Shown here: one piece after another, positions 38,130-52,298 of the stretch
Position numbering within the stretch: position 1 is the first letter of the stretch
Layout of the letters: each line of letters opens with the position of its first letter
NCBI RefSeq assembly: GCF_036321535.1
Contig: NC_087437.1
Location: 119,042,001-119,106,000 of the forward strand
Source: Camelus dromedarius
Lineage: Eukaryota
Length of the DNA: 64,000 bases
Direction of reading: 5' to 3'
Translations under genes and position numbers: made by a program
Notes under the pieces: model-generated
What the model was told of the DNA's origin: nothing
Database searches by the model: none
Seen by the model: only the letters and a program-made list of their open reading frames with translations

Positions 38130-39740
38130 AACATGAACACTTTCCTACCACACAGCTAGAAATGTTGCACGAAATGTGAGAATCCTTTTAAGCAACAAGC
38201 TAGATGTACCAGGAAGAAAGGGAATAAAATTTCCAGGGGCCAAAAGAGAAGAGAGGAATGAGGACCAGCCTGGTGAACACAGCTGCTTCAAACTGTGAAA
38301 TTGCTCTGGTCTCCATAGCTTGGGATTTGGGTCAAACATCCCAGGACATGAGATAAGGCAGGGAGCCTGTGTGAGGCAGCTTCTATAAATGAGACCCTTG
38401 AAGGAACATATCCACCTACCAGCAAAGAGAGAAGACCTCCAAGTATATTTATTTTAGCCTACACCATGAGTGGTTAAAAAAAATCAAAAAACAAAACAAA
38501 ACAAAACAAAAAAATCCCAGAGAACTTGTAAAGAAGGGCCTGTCCTCTTTAGGCATGAGACTCAAATGTATGTTATCTGCATAGTCTGTGACCCACAGAG
38601 CCCTGAAATTAGCATAAAAACCACCACAGGCTGGCAGTACAGCTGAGAACCTTGCAAACACAAAATCTCTCAGGAAAACACATCCTCAGCCCGGGCACAA
38701 AAGATTCCCACAGGTAGAGCCCGCCTGAGAATGAGCTCACAATCTGAAATTGTAAAACTCGAGGACACAATCCACCAGCAGACCCAATAAACAGAAATGA
38801 GATCCCTATGAACCTCAGGTAATAGAATTACCAGATAAAAGCTTTAAATGGGCATGTTTAAAATGATTATAGGTGTAAAACAAGAAACGGAACACAGGTA
38901 CTACTGGAAAAAAAAAAAAAGGCAGATTCAGAAGGAATAAAGCAGAACTTTTAGAAATAGAAAACATAGTGAGTGAAATAAGCATTTCGATGGAGAGGTT
39001 AACTGCAGATTAGACACAGGCCACTTAGCACAAGATCAGCTCCAGTCAGCAGCTAGAAGGCACAACTTTCGTTTAGAGATCAATCATGCAGAATGTAGCA
39101 CCAGGAGATAAAAAGATGGAAATACCAACAGAAAGTTGAGAATTAAAGGAGAAAACTCACAGGAGTTCTAGATTCAAAAACCACCTTCCATGGAATGCTG
39201 TTGGCATCGTTCCCTTGTCTCCTTGCTGGTCATTTGTTGTCTAGCAGCCTGATGCCATCTGATTTAGAATCCCGCCCAACCCCCTAGAAGCTTTCAGGAC
39301 CACGTCTCCATCCCCATCCCGATGGTGGCCCTTCTCTAGCTGAGCTTTGCATCTTGACTTTGGGCAGGTTTGCTTCCATCCCTGTTTCTGGAACTCCTAT
39401 CATCAGGATGCTGGGCCTCTGGGAAGGATTCTGACCTTTTCTTTTAAGAGTTTCATTTCTCTCATCACATTGAAAAAATGTTCAATTTCTGTTATCTAAA
39501 TGTTTACTTACACACACACACACACACACACCCCACACACACACGCCTGTTCTGGTTTCCATTTATTTAAAACCTTCTGTTTTGGCCTGAGGTAACTGTA
39601 AATTTTTAAGTTTTCTCCTGCTGCATATTTTGTTTTCTCTGATCGTTTTCTCTGCTTGTCGGGCTGGTTGGGGGCGGTGTCTTGCTTTATCTGTCCAGTG
39701 AGGGGCACTCTTTGTGTCTAGTGGGCTCACTATTTATCTT
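38130..39740. mobile_element. Ancient L1-derived fragments (A-rich plus-strand part, then T-rich minus-strand part)
   Basis: ORF1-like text gaacttttagaaatagaaaac...ggttaactgcagattagacacag. The strand composition flips near 39180. Confidence 0.5.
39509..39545. repeat. (CA)n microsatellite
   Basis: Directly visible, with one ccc interruption. Confidence 0.9.
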
Positions 39741-42227
39741 CCAGAGATGAATGAATGAGTAACAGGTGTCTGGAAGCCCTGTGTGCACGGGTGGGGCTTA
39801 TCAGTGAGCAGACGGCTCTGCGGGATGATGGCGGAGGGGACCCTCACCTGCCAGGGCTGTAGATCGCTTCCTGCCTGGAGGTGCTGGGTGCTGGAGGGGC
39901 CGGGAAGGCACAGTTCTCCCCTGAGAGTATGGAGAATAGACCTCATTTCCTGGCATTGAATTCCTTCCCCCATCCGCCCCCCCCCCAGATAGGCCTGGAG
40001 GCACTGGATCCAGGCACATCTGGTTCAAATGTGTCCCATCTCTGATGCAGAGGGGGCAGGGCGGGGAGAGGTCCGGGTCTAAGGGCTCCTGGTATGTTGA
40101 GCAGTCCTCGTGTCTGTCTATGCCCTTCAGAGTCTGCTGCCTTCACCCCTGCAGACTGATATTTTTAGTGTCAGATTCAACGCATTCGGTGGGCTTTGTT
40201 CCCAGAGGCACAAGGAGAGGCAGAGAGGCAGCGAGACGCCTGCTCTCCGGGAGCTGGCTGGCCGGTCAGCAGGGCTCTCACTGCTCGGGCCTCTCCCCAC
40301 AGCCGCCCAGGAAAGACCAAGGGAAAAGGAGGTCCTGGGGCCACACAGGAGGCAGTGGCCGCCCCGGAGAGCAGCCTTCTCCCAAGTGGGGCCGCCTCCC
40401 CACCGGCTCCACTCACCGTCCCTGCCAGGTGCCACTTCACCTGGGGCTGGTTTTTCCAGTGGCCCAGCCGGCCCAGGCAGTGACTCAGGAAGGAAGGAAG
40501 GAAGGAGACATTCTCCTCGGTTGCTTGATGACACCTCCAGGCTCTGTGCCAAGCAGCAGCATCCGACTCAGACATGTGTCATTAAAAAAAGTGCATCCTC
40601 CCCCCGCACCCTGGACCCCCACTCTCTGGGGCAGCAGCCCTCACACTCGGGGGAGCATCTTTCCGGAGCTACACACGGCTGTTCACTCATTCTTTTCCCT
40701 GCACAGACGCGTAGCTGTGACACGACCAGCAGGGTGCCTCTGCCCTGAGCCTGCTCGTCTCCTGTTGCATGGTCTTTTCGTCCTCGTCCGGCAGCCAGCT
40801 GAACACTTGTCTAAATGTGAGCTTCCCTCTTTCAGCGCAAACACTGTTACTGTAGACAGTGGCACTTGCCGTTGGCCAGGGAGACAACTCACTCCGTGCG
40901 TGACGCTTCCTCATCAGGGCCGACAGCAGCTGCCTGGGAGGCTCTGGAATGTTCTTCCCTCTCCCAGCCCACAGAGGCGGTCACCTGAGCAAGGGGACTG
41001 CTCCTACCATTATTCGGTGGCTCGTCCCTTTCCCTCAGGTGGGCACTGCCGGAGGTGCAACTTGGCTTAGGAGCATCACACCCCACTCTTCTCAGCAGGG
41101 AGTGGGGCTCTGGGCTTCCTCTTCTGGGCAGAGCTCAGGACTAGGGGTGAATTTTCTCCTCCTCCAGACGTGGTGCAGCGGCTTCACAGAGCCTGGGAGC
41201 TGGGGTCTTCCCCCACCTCTGATGCATCTAGTGAGTGGCCCCAAGACTCTCTCTCTGATCCATCTGCTGTGGCTCACAAGCCACTGGGCACGTCTCCACG
41301 GCCAGGCTGACGATGGTCCTTCCAGGACACCCCCACCCTTTTCTCAGGGTTCTGAGAAGGGCCTGGATCAGGGACCCCTCTGTCTGATTCCCGAGAAGAT
41401 GCCAACCCAACCCAGGTCCACAGGTGGTCCAGCTGCCGTGTGGGCTCTCTGTAGGGGTCCCTACATGACAACGCCTGTGGCTGTCACTCCCCAGCCCCTA
41501 GCCCACCTTTTCCAGCAGGAGCCAGAGTCCTTTAGGAAACTACCACCCCATGTTCAGGGGTGAGATGGACTAGCCCCACCCAGTCTGTCGACCAGAACAT
41601 TCTCGTTCCCTGGTCTTAGGAAGGGGCGCAGCCGGGCAGAGGAGCCACCATATTACGTCTGAGGTGCCAGGAATGATACAATGTACCGCTATCTGAAGCG
41701 CCTCCAAGAGAGAAGAGGCTGCCAGCTTCCAGTGTGAGATGCCGTCAACTATTTCAAAGCCATTAAAATGTTACAGAGGGTCTAAGTTCCTCTGAATGAT
41801 GTTTAATCTGGGGTTTAGGAAAGGGGAGCTATTAAGGGAAAGAAGCTCTCTGTCTACTGGGATCTTTGAGCTGAGGTGATTTAAGCTTGGAGACGTCAGG
41901 GCCGTTTTTTTGCAAGGGGCCTCCCTGCCCAGTAATGAAACCAACATTGGGGGAAAGGTGACATTGTGTGAACGCCTGGATCTAGCCATTCCTGACACTG
42001 GCAGCACAAAGCAGCACATTTTTCTTTGCTAGTGGGGCCTAGCACCACTGCGTGGAAGACTGCCCATCCAGTGCCTCTCCTCACTCGACAGTCACCACCA
42101 GTGCCACTGTCCCCTGACCACGATGTTGGTGCATGGACGCAACAGGCCTGGAGCTCCAGCAACTGAGAAGGTCGTGCAGGTCCTCGTGTGGTGGATCCTG
42201 ACCACCCGACCTCACAGGATAATTGTA

Positions 42228-42335
42228 AAGGAAAGGAGGAAAAGAGGGAGGAAGGAAGGGAGGATAGGGATGGGAGGAAGAGAGACAGAGGGAGGGAGGG
42301 AAGGGGGGAGAGGCGGAGGCCAAGCGGGGAGGAAA
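42228..42335 (+). repeat. Purine-rich (GGAA/GGGA) low-complexity tract
   Basis: aaggaaaggaggaaaagagggaggaaggaagggagg...; almost pyrimidine-free. Confidence 0.8.
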
Positions 42336-43299
42336 GCTTGTCCAGCGCTAAGAGTCAAAGTTTTCAAGAACCTGGCACCGAAGTGTAAGCTTAGAGGCAA
42401 GGACTCTGCCCTGGATGTCAGCTTCTGCAAACGCCCGCTTCCTTCCTGCCGCCTCAACAGGGGCCTTAATCACCCTGCCCGCCACGCCCACCCTTCTGAA
42501 GTAAGTCACTAATGCCTAGCACAGGGAAATGCGTCCAGCAAACAGAGGCCCCGGAGAACTGGGATCAGGTCCTGTGACCTGGAAGGAGATGGAGACCCTT
42601 GGCTCACACACATTGGGGAGTGGAGCTGTCAAGGGGTAAACCAGTTGTCTGCTAGGGAGCCCTCAGGTGCACAGGCACGTGTGCCAGCGGCTGTCATGGG
42701 AGAGCACCAGGAGCCGGCTGGCCACCGCCTCTGTCCAGAGGGGATTTGGGAGGAACCTGCACCAGGCCTACGATGCCCTGAGATCTGTAGGACACGGAGT
42801 CGCGAAACCATGGAAACAGGAGGGATGCACCATTCACGGTCAGGTGTCCAACCTCTCTGAGTGTGGCTGCAGGTGTGTCTGTAAGGGTGACGTGGTCACA
42901 GTAATCAAGTCAGGAGGCACCTGAGCCCAGGGGACCATGTCTCTGAGGCTGGGCTTGAGACCTCTGCTGGGCGGCCCCCTCCCTGGGTATTCTGGTAACA
43001 AGGGAACATTCGGTGCCAAGCTGCCCCTGGTTCTGACCTCCACCCCCAGCTGCAGTGAGCGGGGTTGTGTGGGCACCTGGATGTCACTGCTGGAAGGCAT
43101 TGCCTTGCCCCTCCGTCTGCCCCAGCAACCCCTGGAAAAACCACTTGTCTTCCAGAACCTTCCATCTCCACAGCTCAGAGCTATTGAGAAAAGGCTGGCA
43201 TGCCTCTCTGATGTTGCCCAGGGCCTATCTGGCAGCGTCCTAAGGGGCCCTCAGCCCCAGAGCAACAGCAGAGCAAATGAAGTTCAAGTCTCACTTTCG

Positions 43300-45215
43300 T
43301 TTCCTCCCAGGAACAAAGAGGCAATTTTTCCCTAAAGCAGAATGTCTAAGAGAAAAGTTCACACAGTCCTCAAACCAGAAGATGCTCCTGAATCAAAAAG
43401 CATGGTATAAGAATCAGAGAAAAAAGAGGGGAAAGCCTGAAGTTCCTGGGAAGTGAAGAAGGAAAAATGTAATGTTCAACTCTCTCAAGACAGGAAGGAA
43501 AATGATGAAGGGATGCACTAGAAAATGAAACTTGAGCTGAATGGCAGAGGATTAGGACATAAAAGTTCCCAGGTCTTGATTCCTGGCAAAAAAGGCTTTT
43601 TAAAAGAACCCTCATCCCACAGGCCGGGCAGCCCAGTGGGTGCGTGGCTGGGCACAGGCAGAAAGGAGGCTGCTGGCTCGGGCTGCGTGAAGGGATAGAC
43701 ACTGAGGGGGCAGCCGGAGCAGCGAGATTTGCTCCACACGTGGGGATGGGACATAGGGGCACATACACTGAGGACGATGGGGCCGATCGCATTGTCAGAG
43801 GATGCAGACACAATGTGGACAAGCTGGAGTAAGCCCTGGGGTGTTGGACCGTAATTGAACGTGAAATCACGGTTCTCAGTAAGACGGAGATACGTGCGTA
43901 TATATACGTGTAAGTCACACACACACTTTCCCCAGGTCCGTCTCCTGAGGAACTAGAGGCAGCGACACTCCAGGAACAATGAGCACATCTAATGCCCAGA
44001 CCTTGGCTTCTAAACATCATTTTTCACTAAAGGAAACTGGAGAAAAGGCTGCTTCTGAGGCTGGGGTGAAGGGAGTACAAGATGAGGCTGGACCATCTCA
44101 TTGTGTCGGAAAAGAAGTGCTCAAAGAAGGATGGGGATGTGTCCAAGGGCACAAGAGGCAGTGTGAACTGGCCAATCAGGGATAATTTGAACATCAAAAT
44201 AACTGATAATGAAGCAGAATCCATTGACCAAATAGGGATCCATGACCACATACTGACAAATGAAAAATTAAAAGGTGAGCTGTACTTTGTGCACAATGCC
44301 ATGTCTGTAGTGTTTCTGCCAAAAACGCTTAACCTAAATCAAATCCGGAGAATTAAGACAAACCTAAACTGAGGGCAGCTACAAAACAACTGGCTGTCTG
44401 TCCTGGAAGGTCATGAATGACAAGAGGAAGGAAGCAGGGCTGCAGCCTGAGGAGTCAGGACCACTAAACACAGCACAGTCCTGGGCTGGGGAGGGAACGG
44501 GGGAGGCCCGGCGCTGCTGTGAGTTGGCTGTTTTTAATATAAAGCACACTTTTGGGATAATCAGTAAATCCTTGAAAAGGATTTGTAGAAGAGATGATAG
44601 AATTGTATCAACATTAATTTCCTGATTTTGATGGATATACTGTGGCTACATAGGAGACACTCCTTGTTTTTAGGGAATACGCTGAAGTATCTAAGGGTCA
44701 CAGGGCACACTGTCTACAACCTACTCAGATGGATGTTTGGCAGATGGATAGGGGATGGGGGTGGATGAATGGATAGATAAATGGATGAAAAACAGGATGA
44801 GAGGGATAGCTGGATCACGGGATAGAGGAATAGATGGATGGACAGATGGATGATAAACAGGGGACGGAGGGATGGATGGGTGGGGAAGGTATGAGTTGGG
44901 GAGACGGATGGGGTGGGTTGGGGGGATGGATGGATGGGTGGGTTGGGGGGATATGTAGATGAATGGGGGTAGATGGGCAGATGAATGGGGGGGTTGGGGT
45001 GGACAGATGGATGGGGTAGATGAGGGGGTGAATGGGTGCGTTGGGGGGATGGACGTTGGGTAGAACAGAAAGAAAAGGGAACGATCAGGCAAATGAGATA
45101 AAATGTAAATGAACGGGGAGTCTACGAAGGGCACACCGGAGTTCTACCCACTATTCTTACAACTTTTCTATAATTGAAAATTATTTCAAAATGTAAGTTA
45201 AATGAAAATAAGGAT
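43300..45215 (+). mobile_element. L1MC4/5-like 3' region
   Basis: Motifs caatgagcacatctaatgcccaga, aattgtatcaacattaatttcctgattttgatg and tattcttacaacttttctataattgaaaattatttcaaaat. Confidence 0.75.
44727..45062 (+). repeat. Degenerate (GGAT/GGGT)n G-rich simple repeat inside L1
   Basis: gatggatg...ggatggatgggtgggg...gggtgggttggggggatggatggatgggtggg directly visible. Confidence 0.9.
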
Positions 45216-45509
45216 CATAAACACCTAAAAAGAAATTTAAAAGACGCTGTTTTGGGGGGGGCTTCTTCCACCGAGACTAGATCACTTCCCTGCGGGTTCA
45301 CACGTGTGGAAAGGCCCGTTCTAAGGAGGCAGGAAGCCCGGGTCCACCCGTCCACCTCCTCTGGCCCCAGATCACGGGTTAGTTCCGGGCACACGCACTG
45401 CCCTGCCGAAGGGTGGCTCCAACACCTTATGTGAATGCTTCAAACTCTGGTTTCCAGAAATCAGATTATGCGAGCTCATCTATATGAAAATGTAGTCTCA
45501 CCAGCTTCC

Positions 45510-46791
45510 AAAAAGTAGGAAGAGAACTTAGCTTTATTGACATCAAACAGAACTTTTTCCTTCCACATGTTCTACAAGTAACAGTAGCATAACATATTAA
45601 AAGCACAGGCGTATTAAAACATAGCCAGTTCTAAGCAGCCTGGATGTCTCCTGTCATAGACAAGATGTATCCTGCCCACAGACTCACGTTAACATACACG
45701 GTACATTAACATCAATCTCTGTTTCACACAGCAGGCCACGGGCGGGTCTGCCTGTGGGCTGGGTCCTGCCGCAAACTGGCTCCCACAACAAAGGAGCAGG
45801 GCTTCCATGTCCCAGGCTGTAAGGTTGCTTCCTAGAGCCGACTCGGGGGTCACATCCCAAAAGCTGAGGCCCCTGTGCGGTGTAGTGTTTGTAAAGTGGG
45901 TCAGAAACCCCCTGAGAGATCCCAGAACAGCATCGCCCAGCACAAGCCACCGCCTTACCAAAAATGAGCTGGGAAGAAAATGACAGGAGCGGCGGCTGGG
46001 GCTCTGACCAGACAACACTGCTCTGGGTCCCAGGTGGGGCGGAAGTGGATGCTCCACGACGTGTGCACATTTGACTCCTAAGAGTTCAAAGGTTTTCTGC
46101 AACAGGATCCAAACAAGGGCAGGCAGCGCTGTCGGCTACTTGTGCGCAGACGCCCCCGAGGACTGGCGGATGGACAAACTGGGACATAAAAGAGCTGGCG
46201 AGGGGACTGGTTTTGTGTTTTAAAAACCAGCTGATCACTTGACACTCACTCCTCACCGACTAGACTACCCAGCGACAGGAACGTTTTGAAACAGGTCGAA
46301 AGCAACAGCTGGCCCTGCTCCCCTGTTAAAGATATTCTACGAAACAAGAATCCCACGAAAACTTTCTTAACAGGCTTCTTTGCCCGCCGCTGCAGATGGA
46401 GATACGGGACACGGCTCCTCCCGCACCCGCCTCCCCGACAGTGTGCTCTGAGCAGTCGCAGGTGGCCCCGCTCAAGAAGGGCGGACTTATGGCTCTGTCA
46501 CCGAGCGACCAGCATCAGACAGAGGGGCGTGATGAAATGCCTGCGACCCAGAGTCCCTCTGACACTGGGCACACTGATGGGCAGGCAGCCAGGTGCGCCC
46601 GGACCAACTTCAACTGGAGCATGACGCCCAAGCCCATGCGGGTGCCAAGCAAGAGTCAGCAGCCACCTGCCACTCGACGGTCCACTCGGTCGTGTCCCCC
46701 AGGCTACCCGTGCAGCATCGCTCTGTCCCTGCAGCAGAACACGATGCTGGGACAGGAAACCCACAGGGGCCCCATCTCAGGGGGCAGCAGG
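45510..46791 (-). other. RIPK4: RIPK4 3' UTR (3' end approximate)
   Basis: Non-repetitive sequence between the stop codon and the minus-strand AATAAA. It becomes more AT-rich toward the signal. The cleavage site is inferred ~15-25 nt past the signal. Confidence 0.75.
45533..45538 (-). terminator. RIPK4 polyadenylation signal AATAAA
   Basis: Plus strand tttatt = minus-strand AATAAA, ~1.25 kb after the stop codon, in context gatgtcAATAAAgctaagttctcttcctacttttt. Confidence 0.8.
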
Positions 46792-48072
<1,281 letters not shown>

Positions 48073-49652
48073 TTAAGATCTACTGGGGAGATCCTGGGCA
48101 GGCCAATCAAAGTCCCCAAGGTGCTCTTTTGTCAATTTGCAAGATAAAACTCATTCTAGCCATCCCGCTGGGTTGTGATTAAAGGATGTGTAACTCAGGT
48201 CCTTGCTGCTGCTCAGAAATGGCAGTGATGGCTAATAGGGAGGGAGGGCGGGCAGGCAGGCGCACAGATTGGGCAGGAGCCCCCCACCCACCAGAGGGCT
48301 GGCAGCTCCCACCCCGGGGCACCCCTCCAGAGCCCACAGTCTGCTCCCTGCCCAACCTACAAACAATGCCACATGTTCCAGCAACATCACGAAGGCGTGT
48401 TTTCTGGAATAACCCTTGAAGGACTGAGCCTCCCATTTCATGATGGAAAGGTTTGATTTAACATAAAAAAATCCCACAACCTTGTCTGGGTGTTAATTTG
48501 CATGAAACAAGATGCCCTTCTGTGAAACATTCTCAAGGGGCCTTGCATTAGAGGGGTCGGTGGGGGTGCACTGAGGAAATGGGAGTCACCCCATCTGGAC
48601 TTGGGGTTCTCACACTGGCTTCTGAGTTGGGCTGTGACTGATCTGCTCTAAGCACGAAGACAACATGTCACTGAGGGTATCAGGCCCTGAGACGAAGTTC
48701 TACACTCTTCTCCACAGGGGAGATGTACTTCTTTCTTTTCAACCTCCTTGCTGGTTGCTTACCGCCAGTCCAGCTGAGCCTTCCCTACCTGTGTCTTTGC
48801 AAGGTGTTCCCTCAACCTGAAGTGCCCTCTTTCATCCCAAACCCTCCACTCCAAAATCCCAGGAGGCCCATGGCATCTAGCAGAAATCCTCGTTCCAGGG
48901 GGAATCCCCTGATCCCCCAGAAAAAACAACTCCTCTTCCTCCTGGGGGCTGCGGCCTTCCCGCGACCTGCTGGCCGCCCCTGCGCGGTGGCCCTGGGGGC
49001 GCACATCCCTTTCTCTTTCTGGAAAGGAGACCTCCCTTCTCGCCCTCGCAGGGGCAGTGAGGGAGCGACAGTTCCCACACGTCAGGACCAGTGCCTGGAG
49101 TGGGGCAGGAAGAGGCACCTTCAGAAAATAAAACCCAAACTGTATAAACAGGACCAGGGAGTTACAGCCTCCAAGGATGACTCTCCCACCATCATGCAGG
49201 GCTCCAGTCATCGGGGAGCCCAGGAGTAAGAAAGTGGGCGTTCACCTAGCACTGCCTGAGAAAGGGGGGACAGGGCTGACATCAGAAGACAGAGAGGTCT
49301 CCAGGGTGTGGGGTTCGATACAGCCACTGGCTCCCTCGATGCAACCCAGATTCTTCAACCTGCAGACCTGAGGTCAGCCCCTGCACTGGGTGTTGGCACA
49401 GGTAAGACCCTCCTGCACAGCCAGGGGATGTGGCCTGTTCCCTGTACACTTAAGTGACACTTGCCTGCTGGCAAGCATCTCTGGGCTTGCACTGACACCC
49501 AAAACCAATGAGGGAAGGGATGGAGAAAACAAGGAAGAACTGTTGTCGGGTCAAGAAACTGGATGCCTGATCTTTAACAGTCACACGCCCTGCCTGGTCC
49601 CCAGCCCCATAATTAAGCTTGTTATTTCCCAGGGGAAGGGTCTTCTGCTCAC

Positions 49653-49914
49653 CGCCCGTTGAAGGCTCCCGCTCGAAAGACAAGGACAGCGACCCCCTTG
49701 AGGAGAAGGCGGAATCGACCGAGGACACCCCCGAGAGCCTCTTGCCGCTGCTCGCCGAAGGAAGTCTGGATTCGGAGGAGCTGCGGCTGAGCTCCTCCGG
49801 GCCCTCGAGGGTCTGGGAGATGCCCGAGTCCAGCTGGGACAGCAGCTCGGAAAGGCTGCAGTCGTTGTCGAAGGGCGGGGTGGAGGCACGCTTGGGCGGG
49901 GCGGGCACGGGCGC
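49653..49914 (-). CDS. RIPK4: RIPK4 exon 7 (Ser-rich intermediate domain)
   Basis: ttgcag|GCGCCC ... ACGGGCG|gtgagc; 262 bp; [34 protein letters not shown]...[27 protein letters not shown]. Confidence 0.96.
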
Positions 49915-51278
49915 CTGCAAGAGGAGCAGAGGCCGGGCGTGAGGCTTCTTCCGGGGCCCCAACGGGGGTGCGGAGGATGGCGGGGAAACCCGAGGGCCCC
50001 CCACCAGCCACACTGGGAATTTGACTCCTGTTACCATATGCGTGGCTCCAGGGAGCCGGAGACCCCGAGCTGTGTCCGCCCAATGGGGGAACTTCTAAGA
50101 TAAGACAGTGACAAAAATGGGACGCTCTGCATCATGCTGCTGGTGAGGCCCACAGTGTCATCCAGACAAAACCTGAAAAAGCTGCCAAGTGATGAAACCT
50201 GAGTGCTGGCTGGGGCCGCCCAGGACAGGTCAGCGCTGGTAGGAAATGAAAGAAATGAACTGGGTCCCCGACAACCTGCGACTCTCCCTTGAACCCTGAG
50301 AGTCTGGCTTGGGGGTTGCTTGTGGACCAGGGTTGGGGTGGGGGCCCAGCTGCGGGGCCAGCACGGAGCTCCAACCCAGTGCGTCCTAACGGGCCCTGTT
50401 AAAGGCTCTCTCCTAACAGGCTGCGGGGAAGGCAGACCTCTGGTGAGGGTTCAGAATCTGAGTGTGGCTCATGACTCTTCCCTACTTGTGCCCGCTTGTC
50501 CCCACTTCTTCCCCGTCTTGGGAACTGCGGATCTGCTCCCGCTGGGTGGCCTGGTGACGAGTCACACCCACTCGCTGGCCCCTCCCTTCCTCATCTGGGG
50601 CCAGGTCCCCTCCTCCCACGCCTTTGCCCTCCGACCTCACGCATACGCCCCTTCGTGCTCAGAAAGCAGACACACCGTGAACGAGTAAACGGTTCGCTCT
50701 CTCCCAGCCGTAAGGCCAGATGACACTTTATAAAGTTAGTTTATCAGGCTCCATTTTACAAGTTTTATTACCTGGGAGGTATTTTATTACCTGGGAGCAT
50801 AATTAGAATTTCTTATCACACTTCACATGACCCACATTGCACTTACAGAGCAAAACATTCACGAGCAGTTAGGAGGCGGCCAGATCTCCAACCTCAAGGC
50901 GCAAAGACACCCAGGCCCACCCCGAGCCTGGCCCAGCAGGGCCTTTGGCTCCCCTGGTTCACAGAGCATCCAGCCGGCAGCACTTAATGCCAAGCACGGG
51001 CCCCACTGCTCTTTTGAAACCACAGACAGGAGGTGGGACAGGTCGCAGGTGGGCAGGAGGCCGATCAGCAACCAGCGTGCCCTGGACCCGCCTCCTGCCC
51101 TGGGACAGGGCCCCGCAGCTGGCTCACCCAGGCAGCAAGCACGAGGCCGGCCGGCCCAGGACGGGGCTCAGAGGCAGACAGGGGCGAGCGGGCCAGACGG
51201 GCAGGAGCGCTTGCAGAGAGAAGAGACTCAAGCCCTGAAGCCGATGCTACAGAGACCAGGCCCCGTGAAGCCCCTCAC

Positions 51279-51382
51279 CTCGCCCGCGGGCTCCGGCGCG
51301 TCTCTCACGTCTGGGTCTCGGGCCGTCTCTTTCACCTCGTCGTCGGGTTTTGCACACAGGTCCTCAGTTTCAGAAGTAATTT
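51279..51382 (-). CDS. RIPK4: RIPK4 exon 6 (intermediate domain)
   Basis: Absent from the ORF track and translated by hand: cacaaaag|AAATTACT ... GGCGAG|gtgagg; 104 bp; (E)[34 protein letters not shown]. Confidence 0.95.
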
Positions 51383-52139
51383 CTTTTGTGGAGAAAACAC
51401 AAAAGGGTGTATCACCTGGACGAGGACTTCCACGAATGCTCTATTTAAACGTGCGACCTCGGCCGAGGACAGAGAGGCAGCACCAGAGGCACCCAGTCTC
51501 CTGCCGGGTCAGCACTGCAGCCCCCCACGCTGCCAGCCCCACCTGAGCTCACAGCAAACCCCCGGGGCCTCTGCCTGGGCCGAAGCAGGGACCCCCATCC
51601 AGCAACAACATGCAGGGTCTGGCCAGACTCCAAGGAAGAACCACTATGTTCCTGTTTCCCAAAGAAGCTTTCCTCCGGGGAGCCCCATTGGTCAGAGCCA
51701 TCAGAGTGGCAGCTGGATAGCCTGGGCCGCCAGCACCTAACGCGGGGCCCCCACCTCGTCCACACTGTTTTCCCCGCGAGCTTCAAAGGCAGGGATCAAC
51801 TTCAGCCACATCAGGAGCACTTTGCTAACCAAACAGTACATGTGCCCCAAGAGAAACGCAAAGAAAGCCTCAGGCCAGTGGTCACGTCATCCCTAAAAGG
51901 TGCGTTGTTGCACCTGGACTGGAAACACCAAGTACAGGCTCCTGGGGGCGGCAGGCGATGCCGGGGTGGACAGCTGGAGCTGACCACAGGCAGGTGCTGC
52001 AGGTGACCACCACCTGGTTGCCTGGCTCGCCTTGGTGCCCGTCTCCTGACAGCCTCCCCAGTCCCGGCCATCAGCTCTGTCACCTGGGGCAGCAGCAGGA
52101 CAGCCAAGCAGCACTGTTCCGGGGGTCCCGGGCACTCAC

Positions 52140-52298
52140 CTTGGAAGCTGGGCCGCTCGCGGGGGTCCCCGTGCCAGCACCGCTGCATGAGGCGCAGGAG
52201 GCTCCGGCAGGCGCGCGGCCTGGGTCTGCAGATGGGCGGCAGCTCCGGGCGGTGGCCCTTCACCACCTTCACCATAATGTGCAGGATGTTTTTCTCAT
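52140..52298 (-). CDS. RIPK4: RIPK4 exon 5 (end of kinase domain)
   Basis: tttgcag|ATGAGAAA ... TTCCAAG|gtgagt; 159 bp; (D)[52 protein letters not shown]. Confidence 0.97.

Noticed and set aside
40045..41070. 341 aa plus-strand ORF, and similar 150-240 aa ORFs at 6653, 7200, 8844, 24462, 43370, 50827 and 51033
   Set aside because: Pro/Gly/Arg/Ser-rich translations expected by chance at this GC content, with several frames open at once. No domains or exon structure recognised, and some lie within repeats.
50763..50797. Direct duplication ttttattacctgggag x2 (similarly gtgggacact x2 near 57820)
   Set aside because: Ordinary slippage duplications in introns with no evident consequence.
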